From Octopus vulgaris (taxonomy: Eukaryota), in assembly GCA_951406725.2 (NCBI GenBank), contig OX597817.1, positions 66,712,001 to 66,776,000 on the forward strand: a stretch of DNA of 64,000 nt, given 5' to 3'. The notes below the pieces were generated by a model. The model was not told the origin of the DNA, searched no databases, and worked only from the letters and a program-made list of their open reading frames with translations. Both the position numbers and the translations under genes were made by a program. This document shows, one piece after another, positions 12,838 to 25,002 of the stretch (within the stretch, counting starts at the first letter, position 1; each line of letters begins with the position of its first letter).

Positions 12838-13732
12838 CTGAGAATAAAAGATATGTTCTTATTGGCATTGATAAACAAAATAATGCAAGTACTTAGGTAC
12901 AAAGAGAAAAGAGAACAGCTTTTCAAAGTAAATAAGTAATAAATAAAATATAAACCTAGTGGCAATGCCCAAGCATGCCCATAGTCCATTGACTTAAACA
13001 AGAACAAGAATGTTAGAATGTGTCTGGATTAAAGACACATACACTGCACTGTCTGTCAACTTCTAATCAACAAACTAAAGAGCTTTTTATTTTCAAGGTT
13101 TCAAGTGCAGAAGAGTCTCTATACAGTCACTTGGCCTGTTAAAAATAGCAGCTTAATCTCTTTCAGTTCACACTACTGCCTTACAAAGGTAATATATTGA
13201 ACAATGTAGTCCTACATATGCAAAAAGAAGAGATGGTTATGATAAGAAAGCCTCTGATCATAGGTGTGCTTGACCAGAGGCAAAATAATAAACGTAATAA
13301 TAATAGCAACATCAAATTAGCAAGGTACACAACAGCTCATCTCTCTCTCACAATATATTTACTGTCTCTATTCTATTTCTCTTCTTCAAGAGCCTCATTA
13401 AACACTTTGCTCAATTTTTTTGTCTAATAACCAAATTCTGCTGGAATCCCCTTCTTGCTCATGTTTTCCTCTGAAAACAAAACCTACAGAAGTTGAAACT
13501 AATGCACATCAACTACGTTGATCTCACTGGTTCAGGATGGGGATTGCTTCACTACTCAGATTAAACCAAAATAGAGAAGTAAATTGAGGATCAACAAAAT
13601 TTCAAAGCAGACCATCTATGTCATTACTATTGTTGTTTTTTTTAATTATCTGAGAAATATAAAATATGAGAAACAATAAAGAAAGCGTACAAAAGAATTT
13701 TTAAATAATTAAAAAGAAAAGTTAATTCTTAC

Positions 13733-13817
13733 CAGAAGAGGGTCGTGATGCTGCTGACTGGGGTCGAGATTGTACTGAGGAACGAACATCATGAGGGTTA
13801 TTATTCTGAGAAAGATC
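13733..13817 (-). CDS. NEK1: NEK1-like exon 13 (DLSQNNNPHDVRSSVQSRPQSAASRPSS)
   Basis: ttttag acceptor, gtaag donor, 85 nt, phase 0-1, open in frame. Confidence 0.85.
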
Positions 13818-14340
13818 CTAAAAATATTTCGAAAGAGAGAAAGAAAATTTCTAATTTAATAGCATTTTCACCATTGTTTTTCATTGGTAAAACAGGTTCT
13901 GTCATAAGTTAGTATATGACAACATTGTAAAATAGCTACTGAGTTCAAAATAATACTAAATAAATGAAGTTTATATGCACACATTTCATTTCAGATACAT
14001 AAGTCAATTGTGTTATAGAAATGAGATCCAATTTTAAAAGAATAACAATGGAAGGATATGATATTTAGCAAGTGGAAGGGTACATGCTCAATTAATGGTT
14101 AGCTTTGTTTTGGTTGTCCAGTTGCCCAGGACGTTTTGAACATATGATCTGAATATAGAAAACTTTAATATTTTATTGCATAAAAATGATTCAATTTGCA
14201 TTAAAGCTTTCACTTTTTGTTAGCTTAAGTTATTGTACAACTATTTGCAAATGCTGTACTTAATGCTTTGCAAAATTATTTAATCTGTTTTGACTGAAAG
14301 AAGGCATTTTTTTTTTCTTTCGTAATGAAAACATACTTAC

Positions 14341-14416
14341 AATGCCAACTGTAAACTTCACTAGTCTCTTTACAACAAAAGGATATTTCAATACATTGTT
14401 AATTGAAGGACGCTCG
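14341..14416 (-). CDS. NEK1: NEK1-like exon 12 (IERPSINNVLKYPFVVKRLVKFTVGI), end of kinase domain
   Basis: Subdomain XI RPS motif; ttccag acceptor, gtaagt donor, 76 nt, phase 2-0. Confidence 0.92.
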
Positions 14417-15790
14417 CTGGAATTCAAAGAAAGTACAATAAAATTAGCATTTCAAAAAACAATTTAATATTTCTACAGCATAATGGGAATAGACACTGTG
14501 ACAGCGATTTGATTCACCAACTTGTTACTTCCACACTCAAAAATATAAAACAAAATTTCTTTTGTCAAAAACAAAAAAACAATTTTTGTATAAGAATGTA
14601 TATTTAACAGGCTTCACTCCCAAGTATTGGAGTCAATAAAGCAAACTCAAGACAATTACTTAAATTGCTACAAATAGAAGCCAATTCTCCCTCAAATCAC
14701 AGCATACCTGTTTAAATAAGGACACTGGATAATATATAGTCCAGAGTACACAATGCCTAGAGGTAGTAGAGAAAAATAGGATGGCTGTGGTTGCAATAAA
14801 ATAAAAATATGAGTTAAGGGAAATAATTACAATCAGCTAAAAAGATTTGTTAGACATTTGTATTTAATTTCTTTAAGTTAGTGTTGTAAAGCTGTGTGAA
14901 AATATATAGTGAAATATATAGTATAGTAGTGACAAGATGATTCAGATGATATTTTTAATTTTGGTTTATTTACTTAGCTGGACGTTGGTATGGCTGATTG
15001 TTAAGAAGTTTGCTTCACAATTGCAAAATTCTGTGCTTGATTCAACCATAAAGATCCTTTAAGGAAGTCTTGTGAGTAAAACTGGGTACACAGAGTGAGA
15101 TAGACAGTAAGCCAAAGGGTTAGCCTTTGTTATACATAATACCATAATGTCTGATCGCAAATTATACCAAAGGCACAAATGATTATGTAATACAAACCGC
15201 TTCTATTATGCTACAATGAATTGATAGTTCATTAATCAAACAAAAGGAATAAACATTATCAAAACTGGCTCATGATCCATCATTTACTAGGTCAACTGTT
15301 TAATAAGAGATCAAACCCAGAATATTGTGTTTAATTTACCAATTTTGAAAGGATGAAATAAAAATACTAAACAAATAATTTCAAAAAGTTAATTTTTTTT
15401 TTAACGAATAATCTAATCTTACCACTAATCAAATTTATAAATAGAATTATCCCAACCCTTAATGATTTATTATTCTGATAATAAATTTGATCCAGGCAAT
15501 ACTTGAAGTTGGAAAATAGCAGTGAGGTTGAGTCTGCTGATACTTTCCCCTTTTAACATATATTATTAAAAGGAAGAGGCATTCACATTCTTGTAAAAAG
15601 AAAATTTTTATCCATTGAAGTCTAATTGCAGGTAAACAAACAGGAATGTGATGCCAGAGAATCAAAAGACCTAATGTGCAGCAATGTAAAAGTGCAAATA
15701 ATATACAACACATTTAATTCAATGCTCTCTTACATTTGTCACCTTCCCTGCTTTAAATGACTTTAAAAATGGAGAAGATGTTTTACTTAC

Positions 15791-15871
15791 ATTGCTGAGC
15801 GTTTCAACATCACAGAAATTAAGTCCCTGAGATTGGATGAATATTTTGAAGGGACTGGTGGATATCTGCCA
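15791..15871 (-). CDS. NEK1: NEK1-like exon 11 (SGRYPPVPSKYSSNLRDLISVMLKRSA)
   Basis: ttacag acceptor, gtaagt donor, 81 nt, phase 2-2. Confidence 0.92.
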
Positions 15872-16481
15872 CTGTAAGTAAACACAATAAAATTTTTAAA
15901 AACTGTGCCTAGAGTTAAATTTAATTACAATTAAGCAAAATACACTTAAAATAATACGTCTGTGCAAGCCCTATCAAACAGATCATGTCCGCACTGTACA
16001 TTCAGTTTGATGGCTTAGAAAGCCTATCCTTGGTTTTAATTTCATATATAGTCATGTTTGTCTCAATAAACATGTTTTTAACAGACTAGTAAATGATATT
16101 AACAGACTAATGATTATATTTTTTAAAAAACCCAAAAAACTAACAAGTATGTTTTTAACAGGTGTACTTTTTCTAACAGATTAACAAATAAGTTGGCTTT
16201 TTTATAATGCACTAAGTGATGAGTTTCCAACAGAATAAATATGCTTTTAAGAGACTCATGACTATATTAAGGGTTAATCAGAACTCAGTCCTTGTTTCCT
16301 TTCTGTTCACTGTAGTCCTCTAAATTATCACAGAGGAGTTTAAAACAATATGCTGATGACCTGATTTTTATAACTGAAATGTGTACAGTATATTTTTAGC
16401 AGACCAACCAGTGTTTTAATGTTTTTTTCACAAGGAATTCTTTATCATATAATTTAATCATATTGAAAAAACATTTCTTAC

Positions 16482-16525
16482 CTCACAATTTTAAAAACTA
16501 AGTTGTTCAAATTCCTGGCTTCGAA
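16482..16525 (-). CDS. NEK1: NEK1-like exon 10 (FEARNLNNLVFKIV)
   Basis: ttctag acceptor, gtaag donor, 44 nt, phase 0-2. Confidence 0.92.
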
Positions 16526-17213
16526 CTAGAAGTAATTAAAAAAAATAATAAAAGATAAAAATTTTAAAATAAATAAATAAACATGAAGAGAAATACGTGC
16601 ACTTGTTTATGGGTAGCAATGAAATAAAATACTTTTGAATGCAGAATATGTGAATTTTTGAAATTCCTTTCTCAAATTTGTTAAGAGTTAAGATGATTGA
16701 AAGGATGAAATGATGCCAGACTCTGACTCATAGACCCTGAATAAGTATTTCAATGCAGTTAATACTTGAGAAAATACTTAACTCCACTAACTGCCAAATA
16801 ATTAATGCTTAATTAGGGAAATTGCTATTCTTGAATTCTTTAATGAATGTCAAGAATTAATGAGAATAACAGACACCAATGCAATCATGTACAGGATATG
16901 GAAACATGAAGGATATTATTTACTGCACCTGTACATTTAGGGTAATTTAGAGGATATGTTTTCAATTTGAGGAATGGGATATATTTTATATGAGCCATAA
17001 ACCACCCACAACAATTAAAACATACTTTACACCACATCTTTGCCAAGGAGATGATAGATACATCATCTCTGGGGGTAGCAGATCTAATCTGTCTTGTATT
17101 CTGAAGCTGGAAGGTTTAATTTTACTTCATTTTACTGTAATAGATCTTTAAATGAACTGTAAAGAAGTACATTTTTCACTAAGAAAATAAATACAAATTA
17201 AAATAGTGCTTAC

Positions 17214-17268
17214 CGGGTGGCGTAAATTGGTAAGCTCATAGAGAACACAACCTAAGGACCAGATATCA
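17214..17268 (-). CDS. NEK1: NEK1-like exon 9 (SDIWSLGCVLYELTNLRHP)
   Basis: Subdomain IX DIWSLG; caacag acceptor, gtaag donor, 55 nt, phase 2-0. Confidence 0.96.
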
Positions 17269-18494
17269 CTGTTGAAGATAAGGGAAAGCTTAAAATATAT
17301 ATTACAGGAAGATAACTAAAGTAACATTTAGCTGAAAGAAGATGGTATATACATTGCAAATTAACAGAGATCTGATGGTAGCATATAAACAGGGCTTTTT
17401 TTTAGCTATTTCTTCATAGAAACATGATGAACAGTCTCAATAAAGTTTCAAAACTTATTGGATTCTCATCAAAGGCGTCTACATCAATTTGACCAATTCC
17501 AGTAGCAACAGGGAATATTCACCTCTCATGCCTCCTGACTTTATGACTCTGTGTGTGTGTGTGTGTGGGGGGGGGTAGGTGGTTGTGTGCATATGTGTGT
17601 GTGTGTTACTGTCGCCTTTCTTTGATTTCATGTGAAAGCTGTAAACAAGTGTCCCTATCTTCTGCGAAAACATATCTGGTCATGGGGAATATTTTCTTGC
17701 TTAGAGGTGAGGGTTGGTGACAGGAAGGGTATCCTGCCATAGAAAATCTGCTTAAAATTCCATGCAACCCATGGAAGCATGGAAATGTGGGCACTAAATG
17801 ATGACTGTGTGCATGTGTGTGTGTGTTTGTGTGTGTATTTTTATAGTGCGATTCAAATTCAAATTACATGGCATCAAAATTATTTAAAATTCCATATGCG
17901 TCCTAATATTTTGAGAGAGAAAACTGCAAAGAGAACTTGTGTATAGTTCAGGTTTCCTTTCATTGGTCTCAAATAGTAAGAAAAATCACAATGTATATAT
18001 ACATGATAAATACTGGAGTGGTTTCCTATTGCTGTCTCCAAGCAGGTTGGATTTGAACTCAGAATTTAGAGAGCTAGAAGATACACCATAAAGTATTTCT
18101 GCCACTCTCCCACCTGCATATTTAATTTATGAACCTACTCTCCAGTTTTGTTATACACACACAAACACATATTTCTATATGTACCTATTGTAAATCTGTA
18201 AGTCATTTGAGAATTAAATATCTTGACTAAAGATGCACTGTAATGACAGATATCAACTAGTAACATCCTGGCTAGTTGAAATGTTCTTATGCCCCAAGGA
18301 CTTCCACTGCTAAAAGAATAATCAGACATACTAGCATAACAGAGTATCAATTTACCACCATCTACGCAATGGAATGGTCAGGTTAGCAAATATGCAGGCT
18401 GGAAGAAGTGAAATGATGATGTTGATTAAGTAGCCGAGTTAAAATTGTCACAAATATAAAGGAAACAAAGAAACAAGCAAGAGACAAAACAAAC

Positions 18495-18581
18495 CTTTTA
18501 GTGTTATATGGCCGATTTTCACAAATCTCTGGAGAAAGGTAGAAAGGTGTTCCTATACAAGTTTTTGCCATATCACAGGTA
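18495..18581 (-). CDS. NEK1: NEK1-like exon 8 ([29 protein letters not shown])
   Basis: Activation segment GTPFYLSPE; tttcag acceptor, gtttg donor, 87 nt, phase 2-2. Confidence 0.96.
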
Positions 18582-19502
18582 CTGAAAAATATATGTTAGA
18601 AAAATAAAATTATCTGAGCCAGGAATATATTGCAGGTACTACCATAGCTATGTTAAAAAAAAAAAAAAAGATAATGCACAAACTGCATTGTGTTTAAAAC
18701 TAATATCACTGGTAATGAAACATGAGTACTAGAAAAATATATACTAGTACTTGCTATACCATAAGTACTTCAGATGTCAATCAGGATGAGTAGAGAGAAA
18801 TCTAGAAATTGCATTGTGCTACTTGTAATCTTTTAGCATTCAAAATAACCTAAATCCAGCAGCAATAAAGATAGTTTAAATTGCTATGCTTAGCCTTTTT
18901 GACAGATTAAATTTGGCAGAGGAAAATTTCTATCATATCACACGGGAGGCCACACTTGTAATAGTTTTATCAGTTTCTATTAACACCATAACAACTATGA
19001 TTGCTAAAAGTTTACGGAAGAGGAACTGCTCTACAATTTAAGTTTAAATAAAAGCAGAATAATCATTAAGTATATGTGTTAACCAAAGGAGCATGTACAA
19101 TGCACACAGGTTTTTACTTTAGAGTCATATGGATAGAAAGATAGGGCTAAGTGTTTTATATTTAATATAAAACAGTATGTGTCTACTGAAGTACTTAAGT
19201 TGGTTTTTGATTACAAAATGAAGGTGTCTAATTTATACTACCAATGCCTTTGAGAGAAAAGTATGAATACAAAAATTCCATCAAAATTTGAATTCCTTAA
19301 TACCACTCTACATGATTGTTCAATGATTGTTTAATGTGCTACAAATAGCAGCCAAAGCTCCTTTAATTCCTAACATACTTAGAGAAAAAAAAGAAGATCA
19401 TGTTGGATACAGTAACCAGAGATATTATATTGACTTAAAATAAAAGACAATAATATGGGCTCATCTGAAACATCTGATCATAGGTCTGATAGATCAGAGC
19501 AG

Positions 19503-19566
<64 letters not shown>

Positions 19567-19623
19567 TAATGCAATACGAAAGTATTGCTTTCCAGTAAAG
19601 AATAGCCCGTGAGGGAAAATTAT

Positions 19624-19831
19624 ACATAGAAGTAAATATATGGTACAACGAAGTACCGATATCTTTCAGATGTTCTCCCTGGAGGTAAGACAATTTTTTT
19701 CAAGTTTGTTGCACACACGCATTTTTGCTAGTACATACGCAGTGAAGCTATACATTAGCGTCGTATTTATTACGTTTGCTATTTTCCAGTAAATATCGGT
19801 ACTTCGTTGTACCATATATTTACTTCTATGT
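19624..19831. repeat. Perfect 39-bp inverted repeat (19624-19662 / 19793-19831) inside a (TA)n-flanked element
   Basis: ACATAGAAGTAAATATATGGTACAACGAAGTACCGATAT and its exact reverse complement. Confidence 0.9.
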
Positions 19832-19852
19832 GACATAAATATATATTTATTC

Positions 19853-19892
<40 letters not shown>

Positions 19893-20099
19893 ATATATAT
19901 ATATATATCATCATCATCATTATTTAACATCAGTTGTCCATGCTGGCATGGGTTTGACCAGAGCTAGCAAACTGGAGAGCTGCACCAGACTCCAGTCTGA
20001 TTTGGCATGGTTTCTATGGCTGGATCTCCTTCCTGATGCCAACCATCTCACAGAGTGTGCTGGGTGCTTTTACATGACACTGGACAGGTGCTTTTACGT

Positions 20100-20166
<67 letters not shown>

Positions 20167-20199
20167 TTTATTTAAAAGCAGCAGAAATATAACAAAAGC

Positions 20200-20233
20200 T
20201 GTAACTCAGTTTCATGTTCCTGTTCGTCGGACA
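20200..20233 (-). ncRNA. Degenerate minimal hammerhead in a Penelope pLTR-like remnant
   Basis: Minus strand reads TGT-CCGACGA-ACAGGAACAT-GAAA-C-TGA-GTT-ACA; lies between about 33-bp direct repeats (near 20166 and 20289). Confidence 0.45.
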
Positions 20234-20692
20234 TTTTAACAAAACTGTCTGAAATACTGTACTCAAATACCAGAGGTAGAGTAATATGCTTTATTTAAAA
20301 GCAGCAGAAATATAACAAAAGATGAGGGCTGGTGACAGGAAGGGCATCCAAGCATAGAAAAATCTGCCTCAACAAATTTCATCTAACCCATGCATGCCTG
20401 AAAAAGTGAACATTAAATCAACGATGAAGATTAGTAATTCTTAAGGCATGAATTCAACATTTAATTTCTTTTACCCTATTTACCTAAAAATATGGATCTA
20501 ATAGCTGCACTAGTAAGCATAACCAAACAGAAGTAAGCTCTTGATAGACTGTACCTGTGATCAAGTTTCAATTTCAGGTTGGAGAGATTATATATACCTA
20601 TCTCCCACTTCTATACTACTAATCCTACCCCATACCTGAAGCAACTACCCCATGTAAGGCATCAAGGATAAATTAATGAATATCTTAGTTAC

Positions 20693-20760
20693 CTGTTTAA
20701 TACTTTGGAAATACCAAAATCTCCAATTTTCACTGTTCCATCTTTCGTTAAAAATATATT
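20693..20760 (-). CDS. NEK1: NEK1-like exon 7 (NIFLTKDGTVKIGDFGISKVLN)
   Basis: DFG motif; cttcag acceptor, gtaac donor, 68 nt, phase 0-2. Confidence 0.96.
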
Positions 20761-21559
20761 CTGAAGATAATGAATATTACAATAACAATTAGTCATAACG
20801 ATAATATTGTTAAAAAAAGATAACATTGATAACATAAATATAATAATCTTAATAATTTCAAACATAGGCTCAAAGCCATATATTTTAGGGAAAGGTGTGG
20901 TCTATTGAATTAATCTATATTTAATAGACACTTATTTTATTCTTCCTAAAAGAATGAAAGTGGAGGGATTTGAACCCAACCACAAGATATTTAGTTAGGG
21001 ATCACGAACAGACCTCCACAGTTTCAAGTGATTGATCAATAAATCAACTAACCAGCATGAAGCTATGGTGTGACATGGCTCATTGGCTGATCTAAAATTT
21101 GTCTCCTTTCCACTCAATAAAAAATATTTGATGTCTCAGTCAGACAGCTTCAAAAGACACTCCTTAACAGACACAGTCCTTCTACAGACACAGCATGGCT
21201 CTCTCTCCTCCCAGTCCATGGTTATATTATCAGCATCTTGCTTTTGTTAACAGCCTGCATAGTAAACCATTTACAACAATGAATATGTTAAAAGTTGAAA
21301 GTTTGTGAGTTTACTTCATTTATTACATATGCAGCCAGCTACAGCACATGATGATGATCAACACAAAACACATTCATCATCACAACCCCACAACATTGGT
21401 GACCAAGGATCCTCATGACAAAAGCAATGTTGACTTTGGCATAATTTGAAATCAAAATGTCCAGGAGAGTAACTAAATACTACTAGACATTTTATCCACT
21501 AAGACTAATTTTACTACATTACCACACTACGCCACAGTAGTAGGAAAAGAAGACATTAC

Positions 21560-21915
21560 TATTTGTAGGACATTACTATTCAAATTAATTGTGTTATACA
21601 GGCTAACAGACCAGATAGCATGGTAAAAATCACATTGACAAAATGTGTCTGCTCATAAGTATGTCAATCCCAGCAATATTTCAGTGAAAACATTTGAAAC
21701 GTTAAGTAAATGCAAGAACCTTGAAATGGAGGTCTCAAAAATGTGGCATTCAAGAACAACAACTGTACCTGTGATCATTAGAACTTTGACTAAAATACCA
21801 AATGGCACTCTTAAACACTATGATCAAATACCAGGAAATTTCAAAATAGCAAACCTACAAAAGACTGTTCTCATGGGTAGTGCCCACATCCTAAGAAAAA
21901 CACTGTTAACCTGAG
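21560..21915 (+). mobile_element. R4/Dong-type LINE 3' fragment (restriction-like endonuclease C-terminus)
   Basis: NRPD...LSKCKNLEMEVSKMW...VPVII...LQKTVLMGSAHILRK motifs. Confidence 0.75.
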
Positions 21916-21929
21916 AAGATCTTAATAAT

Positions 21930-22488
21930 GGTATGAGCACAACCCACAGAGAGTGGTGGAGTTGGAGTGAAGCAAAATCCTCTGGGATTTCCCGATCCAA
22001 ACAGATCAGATGCTAGAGCATAACAGACTGAACCTAGTGGTGGTGGACAAGGTGCACCACATGTACTATACAGTTGATGTTGCATGCCCCTTTGACCCAC
22101 AAATAGTCAAGAAGGAAGATGAAAAAATAGATAAATACAACCTTCTTAAGTACGAAATGAAGAAGGTGAAGATAGTGCCAATTACTGTTGGGTCCTTGGG
22201 GACAGTATTAGAAGGAATCGAAAGGAATATAAAGGAAATTGGAATAGAGTGCCCAGTAAAACTGATACAAAAGCTTGTCTCCTTGGCACAGCCAGAATAA
22301 TCAGGAAAATATTAGATAGTTGAAAAGAACAGATAGCATGGTACTGTAGGCTGCAGGTACGAAATGAAGAAGGTGAAGATAGTGCCAATTACTGTTGGGT
22401 CCTTGGGGACAGTATTAGAAGGAATCGAAAGGAATATAAAGGAAATTGGAATAGTGCCCAGTAAAACTGATACAAAAGCTTGTCTCCT
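21930..22488 (+). mobile_element. Second R4/Dong-type endonuclease fragment with an internal duplication
   Basis: DVACPFD...EKIDKY...VPITVGSLG...QKACLLGTARIIRK; about 130 bp duplicated (near 22150 and 22357). Confidence 0.78.
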
Positions 22489-22538
22489 ATTACTATTTTT
22501 AAATCTCACAATGGGAGATATTCAGTAACAGTACTTTA

Positions 22539-22583
22539 TCTGTGTATTGTGATTTCCAGGTTATTTCTCTTCATCAGCATAGA
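22539..22583 (-). ncRNA. Inverted, partly mutated copy of the same hammerhead
   Basis: Reverse complement reads TCTATG-CTGATGA-A-GAG-AAATAA-CCT-G-GAAA-TCACAA-TA-CACAGA: core intact, stems mutated. A further partial copy lies at 22585-22606. Confidence 0.7.
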
Positions 22584-22922
22584 ATATTTCCCTTCATCAG
22601 CACAGATACAAAGATGTTGTTTTGAGCTGAGTGGGGGTGCTAGATTCCTTTGTTTGAAAATATAAGGACACAGATCGTGTCGTATAGCCAGCTGGAGACA
22701 ATGTCTCCTGGGGCTAAATTACACCAACATTCATCCTAAACCAGGACTGCCATGTTATGTTGGCAAACGATCTTTACTACAAAGTACTGTTGCTGAATAT
22801 CTCTCGTTGTGAAATTTAAAAATAGTAATTTTCTAATTTATAGATCAGTGACTAGTTGTCACTTTGAAAACTATATATTTCGAATGGGAATTTGGTAGCA
22901 CCACCTCCAGCCAAATAATTAT

Positions 22923-22967
22923 TCTGTGCTGATGAAGGGAAATAACCCGGAAATCATGATACACAGA
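22923..22967 (+). ncRNA. Intact minimal type-I hammerhead ribozyme
   Basis: TCTGTG-CTGATGA-A-GGG-AAATAA-CCC-G-GAAA-TCATGA-TA-CACAGA: 6-bp stem I, CUGAUGA core, 3-bp stem II, GAAA, short stem III with palindromic TCATGA, AUA cleavage triplet ending at 22961. Confidence 0.88.
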
Positions 22968-23570
22968 TATTGTTTTGAGCTGAGTGAGGGTGCTAGATTC
23001 CCTTGTTTGAAAATATAAGGACACAGATCGTGTCGTATAGCCAGCTGGAGACGATGTCTCCTGGGGCTAAATTACAACAACATTCATCCTAAACCAGGAC
23101 TGCCATGTTATATTGGCAAACGATCTTTACTACAAATAATATAAAATTTTTGGCTTTTTTGACATACTAATGATTCTGCCAGCTTACCACCTTCATAATA
23201 AAAATAACTTCTGATTTAGGCACAGGAGGACATTGGTCAATACTTAATTTTACATCTCTCGAATAACTTTGAACATTTTACAAAGATTAGAAAAAGTGGA
23301 AAGTACTCTCTAGTCCAAGCAGACAAGTTCGCTTGTATTGATAACAAGATACTAATACAATGCACACAGTATATGCCGTCAAGTAATTCATGATTTAGAA
23401 AGGTATCTAACTATAAAAAGCATGCATAAACTATATGCATGGCCAGTTTTCTCTGGTGTTATATGTATCAGATGATTAAGTATTGTGGCAAGTGATGAGA
23501 TATTGTACTGTAATAGACCCATCCAAACCATGCCAGTATGGAAAATTGGATATAAAATAAATTATATTAC

Positions 23571-23654
23571 CTGAGATTTTATGTCTCTGTGTAAGATGTT
23601 TTTGTCATGGATATATTTCACAGCCAAGCATATTTGAACAAACCAATCTAAGAT
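23571..23654 (-). CDS. NEK1: NEK1-like exon 6 ([28 protein letters not shown])
   Basis: Catalytic loop HRDIKSQ; ttctag acceptor, gtaat donor, 84 nt. Confidence 0.96.
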
Positions 23655-24946
23655 CTAGAAAACAAAAACAAAAATCCTTAAGAAATTACATATAATTTTA
23701 AACATTTTTTTAATCATCTTACTTTGTTTTTGTTCTTTGTTCTATTTTTTTTAATCAAATTTTCCATGTTTCAATAGTTTTTGAAAATGCAGACATTTGT
23801 ATATTTTAGAGAAACTGCATAATAGTTATCTTCTAACAGTAAGCTTCTCAATTATAAAGCAAGAGTGCTTAATCCCAGGACAGTTTTGATTAAGTAGATT
23901 TATTATCAAAAGTTATTCCATTGCAGTCCTGACCATCCAATCATTTTGTCAATCAAAGACTTAATTGTCCAAATTGCCCTTCCATTTTTAAACAGGCAGG
24001 GTGTGATGTGAGGAAGAGTTTTCTGATATTTCTTGAATTCCATAGAGGTTCCTCAATGGCTAAATCAAGAAGAGTGTAATTGATGTGGTATTTGAGAAGT
24101 TGAAGATTATTGTAAGGTAGGGGCTTATTACAAGGAAAAGAGTTCAATATAACACCATTCCTCAAATTGAAGTATTCTATCATATAAGTCTTGATAAAGG
24201 GTCCAGAAAGAATATATATTGTAAAAATGACAACCCAAGAGGGAAGTGCTACAAGTAAGTTTGAGGAGAAATGAAAGTGTGGTGTTGTTAGAAATTACTT
24301 CTAAATGTAAGTAAATTCTGCTGCTAAAATAGAACTTAAATCAGGTAAAGTCACAAAGTGATTAGCATGCTGGAATATGTACTGATGAGTTAGAGTTTTC
24401 AAATTCTGCAACAGATAAATGTTGAGGATCCTTTAGCAAACCCCAGCACTATATTTTCTTCTTTGTATTCACTGGTACATCACATATTGTATGTTTGAAG
24501 GATCAATATTAACAAAGAGCCTAAAGCTTTGAAACACATTTCCAAATCTGAAGATTCTCTAAAAATGTTTACTGCATGCAATTCCCATTTGAATCCACAA
24601 AATGTACTCAAATTTTCTTTCTCAATTCCTTCACTTATTTGTAAAACATTAACTCTCAGCCCTTTCCCAACTCAGGAAATCTTTTGCCTCCTGTTTTCCC
24701 AGTACCTTCTAAATTATTTCAAACTAAATGTCATTCCCTTCAATTAATAACCCCATTTTAAGAGAATCTAAAATACTCTGGGTACAATGTCACCTATACA
24801 GACTAAGGAAATAAAAAAAAGAAAATGTTCAAATTTTCAGCAATGCATAATCCATGATAGGAAAGAAAACTGGAGAAAAAAAAGAGAGAGAATACAATAT
24901 ATATCCCTAAAGTTGGTACCACCAAGGTGATAAAATGCTTACTTAC

Positions 24947-25002
24947 TTGCTCTTCACAGAATTCTATACCTTTTTGGTCATTAATTCTAGAGTAGAGATC
25001 AC
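24947..25002 (-). CDS. NEK1: NEK1-like exon 5 (GDLYSRINDQKGIEFCEEQ)
   Basis: ctttag acceptor, gtaagt donor, 56 nt, phase 1-0. Confidence 0.93.

Larger units (their letters stand above)
22489..23136 (+). mobile_element. Non-coding hammerhead-bearing tandem retroelement (candidate non-LTR retrozyme or non-autonomous Penelope derivative), 353-nt monomer
   Basis: Direct repeats 22609-22783 and 22962-23136 (period 353); hammerhead at the monomer junction; inverted hammerhead copies and an inverted fragment at the 5' side. Confidence 0.72.

Noticed and set aside
16345-16395. CTGATGA...GAAA hammerhead-like spacing
   Set aside because: No convincing stem II or stem III pairing.
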